64,000 bases of DNA from NCBI RefSeq assembly GCF_004010195.1, contig NC_057750.1, positions 9,620,062 to 9,684,061 of the forward strand, given 5' to 3'. Source of the DNA: Chiloscyllium plagiosum (lineage: Eukaryota). Below, piece after piece: positions 61,463 through 64,000 of this stretch. The position numbers were made by a program, and so were the translations under genes. Within the stretch, counting starts at the first letter, position 1. Every line of letters starts with the position of its first letter. The notes beneath the pieces were generated by a model that had not been told where the DNA came from, ran no database searches, and worked only from the letters and a program-made list of their open reading frames with translations.

Positions 61463-62831
61463 CCTGTCGGCCAGACCAGGTAAGGATGGCAGATCTCTTT
61501 CATTGAAGGACATTAGTGAACCAGATGGGTTTTTTTTCTGATGATCGACAATGATTTCATGCTCATCAATAGATTCTTAATTTTCAAGACATTTTGTTTA
61601 ATTGAATTCAAATTCCACCATCTGCCCTGGGTCTCTGGATTAATAATTATCAGAGAAGTTAGCCCAATAAAGCAGAAACCACACAAACCAGATCGGGTGA
61701 AATTGACAAGCTGTTTATTACAAGCCATGTGGCTGGAAGAGAAATTGAGGAGGCTGACACAGCACTGACAGTCTGTACAGGAAGGTCAAGGGATCTCTTC
61801 CTCGAGCTGAGAGGACAAAGCCAGGTTTGATAGGAATCTTGTACAATAAGGTTAATTAAAATGGGGAAAGATACAATGTATTTGGAAAATTAAGTAATCC
61901 AGTTACAATGATGATAATTGGAGAACAGTTATGGGGAAAATGACCTGATTCCCGATAGAATGCAACATCCTGACAGTATCAACGAGATCAGGAGACTCCA
62001 GGTCTCTTTGCTGGTAGGTGAGAATGTCTCTTTTGAAACAGCAAGGTGTTTCCATTGTCCTGTCCTGGGAGTGAGGTCCTTGGTGGTGCCTCTCCATCTG
62101 ACCTGTCCTTTGTGTGGCTTTGGTATTGCTGTGTTATGAGATTGCCCTTGGGACTTTGGGACAGCTGTATTGACCGGATATTGTTAGTGTGTTTTGGGAA
62201 GTGTATTCCCTTGTCTGCGAGTGCTGTCTGGTTTCACTTGCCAGCCTGTTTGGTCACTGCTGAGGCATTCTGGGTGTTTCTGGTATAGTTTGGCCAAGTT
62301 TTTCTTTCCAATGTTCCGTGTGGTCCTACTTTGGATAGGCATGGTGGCAGATCTTAACTCCCCGTGTCTGCGTGGGTTTCCTCCGGGTGCTCCGGTTTCC
62401 TTCCACAGTCCAAAAACGTGCAGGTTAGGTGAACTGGCCATGCTAAATTGCCCGTAGTGTTAGGTGCAGGGGTAAATGTAGGGGAATGGGTCTGGGTGGG
62501 TTGCGCTTTGGCGGGTCGGTGTGGACTTGTTGGGCCGAAGGGCCTGTTTCCACACTGTAAGTAATCTAATCTAAAACTTCTCCCACAATAGTCTGGCAAA
62601 AATACCACTAGGTATCTCTAAGGGGTATATGAACAGATAGGGTTTAGAGGGGTTTGTGCCAAATGCTGGCAAATGGGACTTGATTAACTCAGAATATGGA
62701 CGAGTTGGACGGAAGGGTCTGTTTCTATGGTGTACATCTCTATGACTCCATAACCCTAGGTTGGGGGTGCATTTCTTGGAGAGGAGAGGACTGAGTGGAG
62801 GTTGGATAGAGGATTTTCCAAATCATGAGAG

Positions 62832-63088
62832 GGGCGACACAGTGGCTCAGTGGTTAGCACTGCTGCCTCACGGCACCAGGGACCCAGGTTCGATTCCAGC
62901 CTCTGACGACTGACTGTGTGGAGTTTGCACGTTCTCCCCGTGTCTGCGTGGGTTTGCTCCGGTTTCCTCCCACAGTCCAAAGATGTGCAGGTGAATTGGC
63001 TGTGCTGGGTGGGTTACTTTTTGGAGGGTCGGTATGGACTGGTTGGGCCGAAGGGCCTGCTTCCACACTGTAGGGAATGTAATCTAAT
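62832..63088 (+). mobile_element. HE1-type V-SINE
   Basis: tRNA head, V-domain, (aatct)n tail. Confidence 0.85.
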
Positions 63089-64000
63089 CTGGAGAGGGGA
63101 GATATTTGTAAAAGGGTTGAGAACCAGGGGGCATGGATTTAAAGGATATTGCAGAACATGGGAAAAGAAACATTCTCACACCGTGATGAGTTAGAGTCTG
63201 GCCTAATCAGAGGTATGGTGGAGGCAGATTGAATTGAGATATCCAAGCCAACGCTAAACAAATAAACATAACGGACAGGTTTACAGGGAAATGGCTGGAG
63301 ATTGGCACTAAGTAATTCCTTCGGGAGACAGTGCGGATACAGCAGGCTCGACGGCTCCCTGAGCACCATGAGAGTCCCACAATTCTTCACTTCGTTGCCG
63401 TCTGTGAGAGCTCACTGTGCGCTGATGGGTTACCCTCATTCCCAGTCTGCAACACTAAGGGGGGGGGGGAACAAATCAGATCAGGAAAGGCGCTATATAA
63501 ATGCAAACCCTTTCCCTCCGGGGGGAAGAGAACGTTCGAGGCGGTGATCGAAAGATCGGAGAAATCAAAGAAAAACACATACTTTGCAAAACTCATTGGT
63601 GCTTTGATGTCTTTGTTGTTCAGTCATAGTTCCCTTGCGATTGGTCCAACGCATTTGCTTAAATTGGCTCAGAATACAGACACAGAAACCGCAGACGTTG
63701 GAAACTGTCACAGAAGATAGAAAATCAAATGCAGGGGTTAGCTATTGTTCTTCAGGCTAAAGGGATCAACAAATCTGTGGGCGAAAGCAGGACTGAGTTG
63801 GATGATTAGCCATACTCCTATTGAGTGGCAGAGTCAGGCTCTCAAAGGGCTAATGGCCCAATCATGCTTTTGTTTTCCAATGGTCCTGTGAGATTGCATT
63901 GCCTGGTATACAAGGTAGGGGAGCAAGACATCTGTCTTCATCAGTCAGAGCACTGAGTACAGGTGTTAGGACATCATGTTGCAGCTGTAGATGACATTAT

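Noticed and set aside
61900..62030. Possible exon ending at a GT donor (gtaggtgag)
   Set aside because: No convincing acceptor and no recognisable peptide

Overview
Repeat-dense vertebrate DNA, inferred from its repeat families to be shark (elasmobranch): HE1-type V-SINEs, HER1/CR1-type LINE fragments and DeuSINE relics. The only host coding sequence I can support is the last coding exon of a prostanoid GPCR that best resembles the prostacyclin receptor PTGIR (23978-24211, +). Its upstream coding exon is not visible. The most striking pattern is a set of Penelope-like retroelement (PLE) termini. At least four sequence families carry minimal hammerhead-ribozyme motifs (CUGANGA-stem II-GAAA with a palindromic ACGU/AGCU helix III). 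Three families are physically joined to GIY-YIG endonuclease remnants, and many copies are 130-310 bp, mostly inverted-repeat, micro-elements, some with 12-15 bp target-site duplications (TSDs). Also present: a 4.7 kb G-rich 21/42-bp tandem array giving a probably spurious 1238-aa ORF; 27-, 39- and 69-bp minisatellites; solo LTRs; Tigger-like MITEs; a Mutator/foldback-like element; several local duplications; and two assembly gaps (13922-14421, 45298-45345). Family names come from recognising motifs by eye, not from database searches, and most repeat boundaries are approximate.
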